Shown one piece after another: positions 1 through 8,910 of a DNA stretch of 64,000 nucleotides; within the stretch, counting starts at the first letter, position 1, and each line of letters begins with the position of its first letter. The notes below the pieces were generated by a model that saw only the letters and a list, made by a program, of their open reading frames with translations, was not told the DNA's origin and searched no databases. The stretch is from the NCBI GenBank assembly GCA_965223155.1, contig CBDCVR010000015.1:576001-640000 (forward strand), written 5' to 3'. A program made the position numbers and the translations under genes. This DNA comes from Candidatus Multivoradales bacterium. Its GTDB lineage: Bacteria; Acidobacteriota; Thermoanaerobaculia; Multivoradales; JAHEKO01.

Positions 1-680
1 CTTCCTTCGCCCTGGTACTCGTGGCCAGCGCGGCCTGGGCCAAGCCTTCGGTCGGCGTCGCCGAGTTCCGCAACAAGACCCGCGCCGGGTGGTGGTACTC
101 GGGTGTGGGTTGGGATCTCGCCGACACTCTGACCAACGAACTCGCGGCCACGGGCTCGTTTACGGTAGTCGAGCGCGCCAAGCTCGAGCCCGTCCTGCGC
201 GAGCAGGATCTGGCGGACTACGGCCGGGTTCGCCCCGGAACCGGCGCTGCCATTGGCAAGCTCACCGGAGCCAAGTACCTGATCCTGGGCAGCCTTTCGG
301 CCTATGAGGAGAACGTCAAGGGAGGCCGCGGCGGCGTCGGCTACCGCGGCATTCGGCTCGGCGGCAAGAAGAACGAGGCCTATCTGGCGGTGGACCTTCG
401 GGTTGTCGACACGACCAGCGGTGAGATCGCCTTTACCCGCACGGTCGAAGCGCGCACCGGCGGCCGCGGCTTCAGCGTCGGCGTCTTCCGCGGCGGTTTC
501 GCGGGCAACCTGGGCAAGCACGAGAAGACTCCGGCGGGTAAAGCTATCCGCGCGGTGCTGGCCGAGGCGACCGACTACCTGGACTGCGTCATGGTGCGCC
601 AGGACTCGTGCACGGCCGAGTTCGACGCCAAGGAGCGCAAGCGGCGGGCGGGTCTCAAGGATTCGATCAAGCTCGACTGA
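1..680 (+). CDS. CsgG/HfaB-family exported protein (5' end outside window)
   Basis: ORF 21..680 stays open to the window edge (SFALVLVASAAWA, signal-peptide-like). F-x-VVER..L..EQ and GKLTGAKYLILGSLS / VDLRVVDTTSGEI patterns are typical of the CsgG fold. Confidence 0.75.
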   Translation, partial: SFALVLVASAAWAKPSVGVAEFRNKTRAGWWYSGVGWDLADTLTNELAATGSFTVVERAKLEPVLREQDLADYGRVRPGTGAAIGKLTGAKYLILGSLSAYEENVKGGRGGVGYRGIRLGGKKNEAYLAVDLRVVDTTSGEIAFTRTVEARTGGRGFSVGVFRGGFAGNLGKHEKTPAGKAIRAVLAEATDYLDCVMVRQDSCTAEFDAKERKRRAGLKDSIKLD

Positions 681-765
681 GCGCTTCGCAGCTTCCATGC
701 CCCAGGGGCGGCCGTAGCCGCGGCCGCCTCCGGTTTGCCTCGTCCCTCGGTGAGAGGCCGTTCTG

Positions 766-1578
766 GTGATCGTCAGCCGGCACGGCTCGGGGCTCGTCCT
801 CGTCACGCAGCCGGATCACGCGGCGCTTGCCGGCGCCCTGATGGCTCTGTGGCGCGCCGATGGCATGCCCGACCATCCCCGAAGGGACGACCTCGTCTTC
901 GCGGCCCGGGAGCACGACAATGGCTGGCAGGAGATCGACGCGGCGCCGCTCTTCGACCCTGCGAGCGGGCGGCCGACCTCCTTCGACCAAGTCCCGGAGG
1001 CCACCCGCCGCGAGCTCTGGGCCCGTGGCGTTCGCCGGTACGCCACGGAGCGCCCTTACGCCATGCGGCTCATTTGCCACCACGCGCGGGATATCTACCA
1101 GCGGCACCGCGAAGACCCTGCTTGGAGCGAGTTCTTCGCCGATCTCGAGACCTTCGAAGCCGAGCTACCGGATCCGGCGCGAGCCCCCGAGGCGGTGGCG
1201 GCTGACGCCTTGCTGCTGCGGACCGTGGATTCCCTGAGTCTGGCCGCCTGCGGTCACCGCGGCGGCTCGGGCGGCCGGCTCAGGGTGGTCGGCGGCGCGG
1301 GCGGCGACCACCAGGACGACCGAGGCGACCGGAAGCGAGGGGAACTCGCCGCTCGGATCCAGGATGACGCGGTGTGGCTGGACCCCTTTCCGCTGGCGGG
1401 CTCGACGACTCTCGAGGTCGCCTGCCGGCTCCTGCCGAAGCGGCACTACGCCTCGGCCAGGAGCTTCCGGGAAGCGCTCCTCGAAGCACCCTGGATTCGG
1501 CGTGCGATTCGCTGGCGCCGGCTCGTTTCCCCCTCCGCGCTGCCCGCGGAGCCACCAGATCGGCCTCCGATGCCGTGA
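766..1578 (+). CDS. DUF3891 family protein
   Basis: QPDHAALAG..W and HDNGW motifs characteristic of DUF3891. Confidence 0.7.
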   Translation: MIVSRHGSGLVLVTQPDHAALAGALMALWRADGMPDHPRRDDLVFAAREHDNGWQEIDAAPLFDPASGRPTSFDQVPEATRRELWARGVRRYATERPYAMRLICHHARDIYQRHREDPAWSEFFADLETFEAELPDPARAPEAVAADALLLRTVDSLSLAACGHRGGSGGRLRVVGGAGGDHQDDRGDRKRGELAARIQDDAVWLDPFPLAGSTTLEVACRLLPKRHYASARSFREALLEAPWIRRAIRWRRLVSPSALPAEPPDRPPMP

Positions 1579-1592
1579 TACCCTAGGGTCGA

Positions 1593-2147
1593 ATGTCCGC
1601 GCAAGATCGAGTAGAAGAAACCGCGCCCGAGCCGGAAGAGATCGCTCAGCGCGTCCTCGTTCCCTCCCCGATCGGGGTCATCGGCATCGAGTTGACGGGC
1701 GAAAATCTGACGAAAGTCGTGATCATTCCGCGCGGCAAGGAGCGCAAGTCCTTCGTGCCCTTCGGCGAGCTCAAGCGAGCCGACCGTTCGGAGTTCCTGG
1801 ACGAGGCCGTGGGCAGGTTTTCCGAGTACCTGGCGGGTGCGCGCAAGGGCATCGGCCTGGACTGGGACCTGGGGCCGTCGGGGGTCACCGGATTCCCCAA
1901 GCGCGTCTTGAAGGAGACCGCCAGAATTCCGTACGGCCGCACCCGGAGCTACCAACAGATCGCCGCGGCGGCGGGCAACGGCGGCGCCTACCGGCAGGTC
2001 CTCGCCGTACTCCAGGAGAATCCGATTCCGCTGGCCATCCCCTGCCACCGGGTCGTGACGGTCAAGTCGGGACCGGGAAGCTATGTCGCCGGCCCCAAAA
2101 AAAAGCTCTGGCTCCAGCGCCTGGAGCAGCGCGGCCTCACGGTCTAG
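1593..2147 (+). CDS. ogt: methylated-DNA--protein-cysteine S-methyltransferase
   Basis: IPYGRTRSY and NPIPLAIPCHRV active-site motif. Confidence 0.9.
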   Translation: MSAQDRVEETAPEPEEIAQRVLVPSPIGVIGIELTGENLTKVVIIPRGKERKSFVPFGELKRADRSEFLDEAVGRFSEYLAGARKGIGLDWDLGPSGVTGFPKRVLKETARIPYGRTRSYQQIAAAAGNGGAYRQVLAVLQENPIPLAIPCHRVVTVKSGPGSYVAGPKKKLWLQRLEQRGLTV

Positions 2148-2191
2148 ACACGGTCTAGACCGATCCGCTTGCCAGGTCTGAACGGCTCGGG

Positions 2192-3256
2192 CTAGCTCGC
2201 CTCCAGCGCCACCTCGACGCTGGCTTCCTCCCCGGCTTCGAGCCAGATCGTGCGCTCGACCGAATCGAATCCGGGGCGCACGACCTCGAGGACGTGCTCG
2301 CCAGGGCTGATGCTCAGCGGCGACCGCAGGCGCGAGAGCTCCCGGCCGGTTCCCAGGAAGCGGCCGTCCAGGTACACCGAAGCATCGAGCGGCTCGACCC
2401 GGAGCTCGACGCGAGCGGGTACCAACCGTTCGGCAAGCGGCTCCCGGTCATCCGGGTCACCACGCTCCCGGACCCGGATGTCCTCTTGATCGCGCTCATC
2501 ACGCTCATCACGCTCACGCGACCGGCTCCTGGCCACCAGCTCCTCCTGGTCGAAGACCGTCAGCTCCTCGGCCGGCACCGTCTCGCCCGGCACCAAGTCG
2601 AGCTCGACGTCGATCACCAGCCCGGCAAGCACGTTGATCTCCCGGCGCACGGTCTCGAAGCCCTGCCGCAAGAAGATCAGCTCGTGCCGGCCCTTTTCGA
2701 GCCAGAGGTGGCCGGGAAATCCGTCGAACTTGCCGGCCGTGCCAATGTACTGCCCATCTACCCAGACCTCGGTCTTCTTGGGTCGGACGTTCAGATCGAG
2801 GCCGCCGAATTCCTCATAGCCCCGCGACGGATAGTGCGAGTAGTAGATCGGGTACCAGTGGAAGTACGGGTTGTAGTAATAGCCCCCGTAGTAGCCGCCC
2901 CACACCCAGCCGAAGCCGCCATGGCGTCGGCGATGCCGATCACTGTCGGTCCTCGAGCGATCCCGGGAGCGCCGGGACCGGGTGACACTCGCGCCGCCAC
3001 GGCTGCCGCCCTGGCGGGTCGTGACCGTGCCGGAGCGGCCGGCGGTCGCGCCCCGGGCGGTTCCGTTGGGCGTGCGCGGCGCGGAAGCCGTCGTGCCCGA
3101 AGTCATCGGCCCGCCGCCGCGCGCGGCGGGAGTGCGGGTCTTGGGCGCATCCCCGGCAGCGCCGGCTGGCATCAGCAAGGCGGTCGCGCCGGCCAGAAGG
3201 CCCGCCATCACGGTTCGTTGTAGAAGACGTTTCGATCGATTGCAGACAGCTCTCAT
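2192..3256 (-). CDS. exported PEGA-domain protein
   Basis: Signal peptide, low-complexity G/R/T and Tyr-rich linker, two PEGA repeats (V-x-P..VWVDGQYIG; VEPLDASVYLDGRFLG). ATG at 3256 preceded by GGAGGAG. Confidence 0.8.
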   Translation of the reverse strand: MRAVCNRSKRLLQRTVMAGLLAGATALLMPAGAAGDAPKTRTPAARGGGPMTSGTTASAPRTPNGTARGATAGRSGTVTTRQGGSRGGASVTRSRRSRDRSRTDSDRHRRRHGGFGWVWGGYYGGYYYNPYFHWYPIYYSHYPSRGYEEFGGLDLNVRPKKTEVWVDGQYIGTAGKFDGFPGHLWLEKGRHELIFLRQGFETVRREINVLAGLVIDVELDLVPGETVPAEELTVFDQEELVARSRSRERDERDERDQEDIRVRERGDPDDREPLAERLVPARVELRVEPLDASVYLDGRFLGTGRELSRLRSPLSISPGEHVLEVVRPGFDSVERTIWLEAGEEASVEVALEAS

Positions 3257-3317
3257 TGGTTCTCCTCCGGCCTCCTCCGGCATTCTCCAGACACCGGGCC
3301 GTTACCTCTACCGAAAT

Positions 3318-3333
3318 TGCAAGGTCCAGACCA
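3318..3333 (-). promoter_or_regulatory. candidate sigma54 (-24/-12) promoter of the PEGA gene
   Basis: Minus strand TGGTCTGGACCTTGCA has GG-N10-GC spacing with TTGCA, about 60 nt upstream of the start. Lacks the CAC of the full consensus. Confidence 0.4.
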
Positions 3334-3410
3334 CCGGACACAGGCCCGGTCCGATACCTCGGCTGGCCGTCAGAACGGCCTGCTGAGGCCTCGGTGGCCG
3401 TCCACCGTCC

Positions 3411-4436
3411 TCAAACCGAGGCACCCGCCGTCCTGCTCTCGGGCTGCCGGTCCGTTTCGACTGTGACCGGCTGGGCGGTCGGCCTGGCCTCGAGCACGGT
3501 TCCCAGCTCGGCAAGGGCATCCCGCACCGCCGGTGTCGCGGCACCGGGCGAGAGGACGGCGACACAACCGCCACCGCCCGCGCCGCAAGCCTTGCCCCCC
3601 CAGGCACCAGCCCGGCGGGCGGCTTCGAGCATCGTTTCGATGCCGGGAGTCGCGATCCCCTCGGCCAGGCCTCGCCGCAGCTCCCACTCCCGTCCCATGA
3701 GCTCACCCACCGCCGGCAGATCGGACTCGCGAAGCGCCTGGGCCAGATCGGAGGCCACGCGCGCGAGGCCCTCAAAGCGCCGCACGATCTCGGGCTCGGC
3801 GCTCAAGCGGCCGCGGACCACGCTCCAGTTCTTGCCGGCCGAAAAGTGGCTCTTGCCCGTATAGGCAACCGTCAAACACGCGCCGAGAGCCTCCAGGTCC
3901 ACCGCCAGCCGTTCCACCCGCTCGCCTCCGATCTCGTGATGGATCGCCAGCGCGCCCCCGTACAGCGGCGGGAAGTGGTCCTGCCGACCGGTCGGCAGGC
4001 TCATGAGCCGGGCTTCGACATCGCGCGCGATCGCGCTGCGGGCGTCCGGACCCCGAACGTGCCCTCCGGCGGCCTCTTCAGCCGCGGCCAAGAACGCGAT
4101 GGCCAGAGACGAACTCGCGCCCAGCCCGCCGCCCCGGGGCGACTGGCTCGTGACATCGACACGCGCGGATGCCAGTTCGGTCTGCCGGACGAGATGACCG
4201 AAAAGGGCGGTCTCATTGTGCTCCAGCCACTCATCACTGGTCTCGACCGGAAAGCGTCCGCCGTCTTGCCGCAGCTCGAATCCGGACTCTCGGGAACGAA
4301 TCGTCACCGTGACCATCACCTCGATAGCCACGTTGACCGTGACCGCTCCCTCATGGAGCAAGCCCAGGGGCCAGATGTCGAGGGTCCCGCCGGCCAAGTC
4401 CACCCGGCAGGGAGCCCGCGCGGTGACGAGACTCAT
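3411..4436 (-). CDS. GHMP-family sugar kinase (HddA-like)
   Basis: RAPCRVDLAGG, PRGGGLGASSS (GHMP P-loop), GRQD and GKACGAGGGG motifs. Confidence 0.8.
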   Translation of the reverse strand: MSLVTARAPCRVDLAGGTLDIWPLGLLHEGAVTVNVAIEVMVTVTIRSRESGFELRQDGGRFPVETSDEWLEHNETALFGHLVRQTELASARVDVTSQSPRGGGLGASSSLAIAFLAAAEEAAGGHVRGPDARSAIARDVEARLMSLPTGRQDHFPPLYGGALAIHHEIGGERVERLAVDLEALGACLTVAYTGKSHFSAGKNWSVVRGRLSAEPEIVRRFEGLARVASDLAQALRESDLPAVGELMGREWELRRGLAEGIATPGIETMLEAARRAGAWGGKACGAGGGGCVAVLSPGAATPAVRDALAELGTVLEARPTAQPVTVETDRQPESRTAGASV

Positions 4437-5782
4437 CGCGAGCCGCTCTGCGGCGCGGGCTGAACCTCGCGGTTTAGAGCGGCAACGGCAACGCCTTCGA
4501 GGTCTCCGAAGTCCACCGGTCCGTCCTCGAAAAGGGAGCTTCGCATCCGCTCGCGCTGCGCCAGAAACTCCGGCAGCCGGTCCTGGGGCACTGGATCCGA
4601 AGGCACGCTCTTGAGCGACAACGGGTTGATCCAGCGTCCGTCGCGCTGCACGCGATAGTCGAGATGGGACGCGGTCGAGAGTCCCGTCGAGCCGACGTAG
4701 CCGATGACCTCCCCCTGGGCTACCCGCGCCCCCGAGCGAATGCCCTTCGCGTACCCTGACAGATGCAGATACGCCGTCAGGTACCCATTGGGATGTCGCA
4801 CCTTGACGGTCTTTCCTCCACCCCGATCCCAGCCGGCCGAGACCACGACTCCGTTTGCGGTCACTCGCACCGGCGTGCCCTTGGGCGCACCGTAGTCAAC
4901 GCCGTAGTGCGGACGGTATCGCTTCAGGATGGGATGAAACCGCCGATTGCTGAAGCGCGACGTAATCCGCGAATAGCGGAGCGGAGAGCGCAGGAACATC
5001 TTCCGCAGCGGTCGCCCCTCGGCATCATAGTAGGCCCCGTCCTCACCGAACCGGTAGGCCTCTAGGCGGCGTCCGGCATTGTCGTAAGCGACCGCCACGA
5101 TCTCGCCGAGCGAATCGCGCCGGCCATCCAGATAGTTCACCGTGTAGAGAATCCGGAAGCTGTCGTCGACCCGCAGATCCCGGGTGAAGTCCAGGTCCCA
5201 CTGGAAGACGTCCGCCATCAGCACCGCCAGGGCCGCCGGCCCGCCGGCCCTCTCGATCGAGCTTTCGAGCGCGCCCTCGAGCGTGCCCGCAACCGTCGCG
5301 GCCTTGACCGAGCGCCTGAAGGGCGTCCAGCTACCGGCCCAGCCCGCTTCCGTGTGATCGACCCGCGCCCGGCCGGACTTGGCGACCACCATCTCGAACG
5401 AGCGCACCTCGTCCTCGGGGCCGAAGGTCACGGCGTAGTTGTCGCCCGGCCGGATCCGGCGCGGATCTACCCAGGCGGAGAGTTCCTCCAGGAGGGCGTT
5501 CGCCTCAGCCGGCTCGAGTCCCAGGTCGGCCAGAACGCCTCCCAAAGTCTCGGCCGGAGCGAAGGTCAGCTCGACAGGAACCTGAGCGTCGGGCGCGACC
5601 GAGCTCGACAGCAGCCCATGGGCCTGGTGGAAGGGAATCGCCCGAGCTACAGGGTACGGCGACTCCGAGTAGGCGGTCAGCCGCCGCTGGGTCACCCAAA
5701 GCCCAACCGCGGCGAGCCCGAGAACGCCGATGGCGATCCAGGCGAGCCGGCGGCGGGATTCGCTTCGTCGCGTCTGCACCAA
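4433..5782 (-). CDS. M23 family peptidoglycan DD-endopeptidase (MepM/Csd3-like)
   Basis: N-terminal TM segment; HYGVD (HxxxD), YLHL and SHLDY zinc-site motifs; GYVGSTGLST. Confidence 0.9.
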   Translation of the reverse strand: MVQTRRSESRRRLAWIAIGVLGLAAVGLWVTQRRLTAYSESPYPVARAIPFHQAHGLLSSSVAPDAQVPVELTFAPAETLGGVLADLGLEPAEANALLEELSAWVDPRRIRPGDNYAVTFGPEDEVRSFEMVVAKSGRARVDHTEAGWAGSWTPFRRSVKAATVAGTLEGALESSIERAGGPAALAVLMADVFQWDLDFTRDLRVDDSFRILYTVNYLDGRRDSLGEIVAVAYDNAGRRLEAYRFGEDGAYYDAEGRPLRKMFLRSPLRYSRITSRFSNRRFHPILKRYRPHYGVDYGAPKGTPVRVTANGVVVSAGWDRGGGKTVKVRHPNGYLTAYLHLSGYAKGIRSGARVAQGEVIGYVGSTGLSTASHLDYRVQRDGRWINPLSLKSVPSDPVPQDRLPEFLAQRERMRSSLFEDGPVDFGDLEGVAVAALNREVQPAPQSGSR

Positions 5783-5911
5783 GAGCTCCGAGCCGGAAAA
5801 AACGGGGGGATCAAGCCGCCGTCGTGCGCCCCACCCAAGCTACGCTACCACAGGGTTCGAGCGACCCCATGGCTGCGGCCGTCCTTGTCAGCGAACTGCT
5901 ACCAGGGAGGG

Positions 5912-6400
5912 TTAGTCGTAGGCAGGGCCTAGGACCGAAGCCGGATCGGCGGGCAGCTTGCCGCGGAACGCCGCCGCGCCATCCTTGATCGCCAGCATGC
6001 TGGGAAGGTAGGTGATGCTGTGTTTTTTCGAGAACGAGCCCTCGGGGTCCAGGAGCACGCGGAGATCGCCCGCCTTGCCATTCAGAAAGGACTCGACGGC
6101 CTTCCGGTCTTCCTGGAAATTGACCAGATAGACGGCGGCCTTGCTCCCCCACTCCTTCTCGATCCGGGCGGCGCGGGCGACGATCCCGCGGCAGCGCGGC
6201 GACCAGGTCGCAAAGAAGATCAGGATCGCATCCTGGGGAAGATCGTCGGCTTCGAGCGCCGAACCGTCGAGTCGGGTCAGGGTCGAGGCGTCGAGAGCCG
6301 CGGCCGGCGCCGGCAGCACACCCAGGACGCCCAGGGCCAGCGCCAGAGCCAGGCTCCCGATCACGGCCCGTCCGGTCAAGAAACTTTTCGCTCTGTTCAT
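5912..6400 (-). CDS. exported TlpA-like thioredoxin-fold protein with SxxC active site
   Basis: Signal peptide, FFATWSPRC (TlpA FWAxWCxxC with the first Cys replaced by Ser, codon TCG), LLDPEG..YLP cis-Pro motif. Confidence 0.8.
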   Translation of the reverse strand: MNRAKSFLTGRAVIGSLALALALGVLGVLPAPAAALDASTLTRLDGSALEADDLPQDAILIFFATWSPRCRGIVARAARIEKEWGSKAAVYLVNFQEDRKAVESFLNGKAGDLRVLLDPEGSFSKKHSITYLPSMLAIKDGAAAFRGKLPADPASVLGPAYD

Positions 6401-6404
6401 GGCT

Positions 6405-6641
6405 CTACTCTCCGCTCTGTCGTGCGTGAAGGCTGGTCAAGATCCGTTGCCGGAGCGCGCTTGGTGCCCGGCGCCGGGTGCAACGCTTCCGAACCACGGT
6501 CACGAGACGCTTGGCGTATCCCGCCTGCCGCGCGCACTCCGGACAGATGGAGACGTGCTCCTCGAAGGAGACGAGCAGCTCGCCGTCCATCTCGTTGTCG
6601 GTGTACAGAAACACGACCTGTCTGACCTTGCGACAATCCAT
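6405..6641 (-). CDS. zinc-binding anti-sigma factor (ZAS, zf-HC2; RsrA/RshA-like)
   Basis: MDC....HVSICPEC (HxxxCxxC), directly downstream of an ECF sigma gene. Confidence 0.85.
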   Translation of the reverse strand: MDCRKVRQVVFLYTDNEMDGELLVSFEEHVSICPECARQAGYAKRLVTVVRKRCTRRRAPSALRQRILTSLHARQSGE

Positions 6642-6671
6642 GGCGTTTCTCGTCTTCGCCCGCCGTTCTCG

Positions 6672-7337
6672 TTAACGATTCGCCTTTTCGGGAAATTCCG
6701 CCTCGGCCGTGCCCGCTGCCACGGGCTCGTCCCCTCTCGAGCGCATCTTGGACGGCTCCCGGTCGCGCAGGTAGCCGTGCTCGGTGGCGTATTCCAGCAT
6801 CGCCGCCTCGAGCAGCTTGCGCCCGCGATAGAGCCGGCTCATGACCGTGCCCAGCGGCACCTCCAGGACCTCGGCGATCTCCTTGTACGAGAATCCCTCC
6901 AGATCGGCCAGGACCACCGCCATGCGGTAGTCCTCGGACAGCGAGTCCAGGGCCCGCTGGACGTCCTCGTCCAGCACGTCCTCGAGCAGCGATTCTTCGG
7001 GGCTCTTGACCCTCCCCGTGGCCTCATCCGTCAAGCGGGACTCGAGGCTCTCCTCGATGTCCGCGAAATCGCTCTCGGTGGGCCGCTTCTGGGCCTTCCG
7101 ATAGTTGTTGATGAAGGAGTTCTTCAGGATCCGAAAGAGCCAGGCCTTGAAGTTGGTCCCTTCCTGGAACTTGTCGTAGTAGCGGTAGGCCTTGAGGTAG
7201 GTTTCCTGCACCAGATCCTCGGCGTCCTGGCTGTTCCGAGTCATGCGATACGCCGTGTTGTACAGCGAATCCACGAAGGGCATGGCCGCCTCCTCGAAAT
7301 TCCAGCCGTGGGCGTGTGCTTGATCCTTGCTAGCCAT
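6672..7337 (-). CDS. ECF sigma-70 factor (SigR/SigH-like)
   Basis: [27 protein letters not shown] (region 2); [24 protein letters not shown] (region 4). Confidence 0.92.
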   Translation of the reverse strand: MASKDQAHAHGWNFEEAAMPFVDSLYNTAYRMTRNSQDAEDLVQETYLKAYRYYDKFQEGTNFKAWLFRILKNSFINNYRKAQKRPTESDFADIEESLESRLTDEATGRVKSPEESLLEDVLDEDVQRALDSLSEDYRMAVVLADLEGFSYKEIAEVLEVPLGTVMSRLYRGRKLLEAAMLEYATEHGYLRDREPSKMRSRGDEPVAAGTAEAEFPEKANR

Positions 7338-7394
7338 GATTCTCTCTCGAGCCTGATGGGCCCTGGATTTGGTCTCCGGGTCCTACTTCTCGAC

Positions 7395-7421
7395 TACGCA
7401 GGAACCATGCCATGAGGTTCC
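7395..7421 (-). promoter_or_regulatory. candidate ECF autoregulatory promoter
   Basis: Minus strand GGAAC-N18-CGTA, about 60 nt upstream of the sigma start. Resembles ECF -35 GGAAC / -10 CGT elements. Confidence 0.45.
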
Positions 7422-7442
7422 GGCCCATACCGGCTCGTACCC

Positions 7443-8909
7443 CTACGGTATAGCGAGGAGACTGTTCTTGGCGAACTCGACCAGGGGCTCGGGCAGGATG
7501 CCCAGAAGCAGCGTCACGATGGCACACATCGCGATGACGCCCATCAGCCCGGGAGCGTTGAGGGGCGCCGGGGTCTCTTCGGTGGCGTCCTTCAAGTACA
7601 TCTGGACGCCGATGCCGAGGTAGTAGTAGAGGGACACGGCGCTCATCAGGACGCCCACGACGGCCACCCAGATCCAGCCCGACTTGATCGCGGCCGCGAA
7701 GAGATAGATCTTGCCAAAGAAGCCGCCGGTCGGAGGAATGCCGGTCATCGCCAGCATGAAGAGCAGCATCATCGCCGCCAGCCACGGCGCCCGCTTGGCA
7801 AGGCCCGCGTAGTCCGAATAGCTTTCCCGGGCGTAGCCCTTGCGCTCCAGGACGATGACCACGGCGAAGGCACCGATGGTCATGAAGGTGTAGGCGCAGG
7901 CGTAGAAGAGAAGCGCCCAGAGGCCGTCCTCGGACACCGCGATCACACCCAGTAGAAGGTAGCCCGCGTGCGCGATCGAGCTGTAGGCCAGCATCCGCTT
8001 GACGTTCGACTGGGTCAGGGCGGCGAGGTTTCCCCAGACCATGGTCAGCACCGCCACGCCCGCGGTGATCCACTGCCAGTCCAGCCTCAGGTGCGGCAGG
8101 CCCTCGAACAGGATCCGGACCAGGATGGCGAACGACGCCGCTTTGGATGCCGTCGCCAGAAACGCGGTCACCGGGGTCGGGGCTCCGACGTAGACGTCCG
8201 GCGTCCAGACATGGAAGGGCACCGCCGCCACCTTGAAGAACAACCCCATCGCCAGAAGCAGCCACCCGGCCCCCAGAATCCGGTTGCCGGCGCCGAAGGC
8301 CATCGCCTCGGGCAGACTGGCCGCCACCTGATCGAGCTGGATCGAACCGGTGGCGCCGTAGACCAACGAGATTCCGTACAGCAGAATGCCGCTCGACAGC
8401 GCTCCGAGGACAAAGTACTTGAGCGCCGCCTCGTTCGAGCGCCGCTCGTGCTTGAAGAACCCGACCAGGATGTAGCTCGACAGGGCCATCAACTCGAGCG
8501 CGATCCAGATGGAAAGCAAGCTGTAGCCGCTGACCATAAAGAGCATTCCGGTCGCCGCCAGCAGGATGAGCGAGTAGAACTCGGCTGGCCGGTAGCCACC
8601 GTCGGTCAGGAAGCGCTCGGAGACGACCACGGTTAGAGCCGTGGCCACGAGAAAGAGCATCTTCCAGAAGAACGCGTACCCGTCCAGCACGAACATCCCC
8701 GCCAGGATCGTCTGCTGGGCCTCGGGCACGCCCTGGACGGTCACGAGTAGCACGGCGGTGATCGCCAGCGCCGCCAGCGCCGCCAGCGCGCACAGGCGGT
8801 AGCCGTTGCCACGCTTGACCGCGCCGCCGACGAGCAGCAGCATGCCTGCTACCGCCAGAAAGATCTCCGGCGCCAGCAGCAGGAATTCCTGGGGCTGAAT
8901 CGAGTCCAC
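7443..8909 (-). CDS. nuoN: NADH-quinone oxidoreductase subunit N
   Basis: EAALKYF, FKVAAVPFHVWTPDVY, KRMLAYSSIAH; last gene of the nuo operon. Confidence 0.95.
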   Translation of the reverse strand: MDSIQPQEFLLLAPEIFLAVAGMLLLVGGAVKRGNGYRLCALAALAALAITAVLLVTVQGVPEAQQTILAGMFVLDGYAFFWKMLFLVATALTVVVSERFLTDGGYRPAEFYSLILLAATGMLFMVSGYSLLSIWIALELMALSSYILVGFFKHERRSNEAALKYFVLGALSSGILLYGISLVYGATGSIQLDQVAASLPEAMAFGAGNRILGAGWLLLAMGLFFKVAAVPFHVWTPDVYVGAPTPVTAFLATASKAASFAILVRILFEGLPHLRLDWQWITAGVAVLTMVWGNLAALTQSNVKRMLAYSSIAHAGYLLLGVIAVSEDGLWALLFYACAYTFMTIGAFAVVIVLERKGYARESYSDYAGLAKRAPWLAAMMLLFMLAMTGIPPTGGFFGKIYLFAAAIKSGWIWVAVVGVLMSAVSLYYYLGIGVQMYLKDATEETPAPLNAPGLMGVIAMCAIVTLLLGILPEPLVEFAKNSLLAIP

Positions 8910-8910
8910 C

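Noticed and set aside
2492-2517. 9-bp tandem repeat (CGCTCATCA units)
   Set aside because: Encodes ERD repeats in a charged linker of the PEGA protein; ordinary coding microsatellite.
6190-6210. Selenocysteine (UxxC) in the thioredoxin-like protein
   Set aside because: The codon is TCG (Ser), not TGA, and the ORF is uninterrupted.
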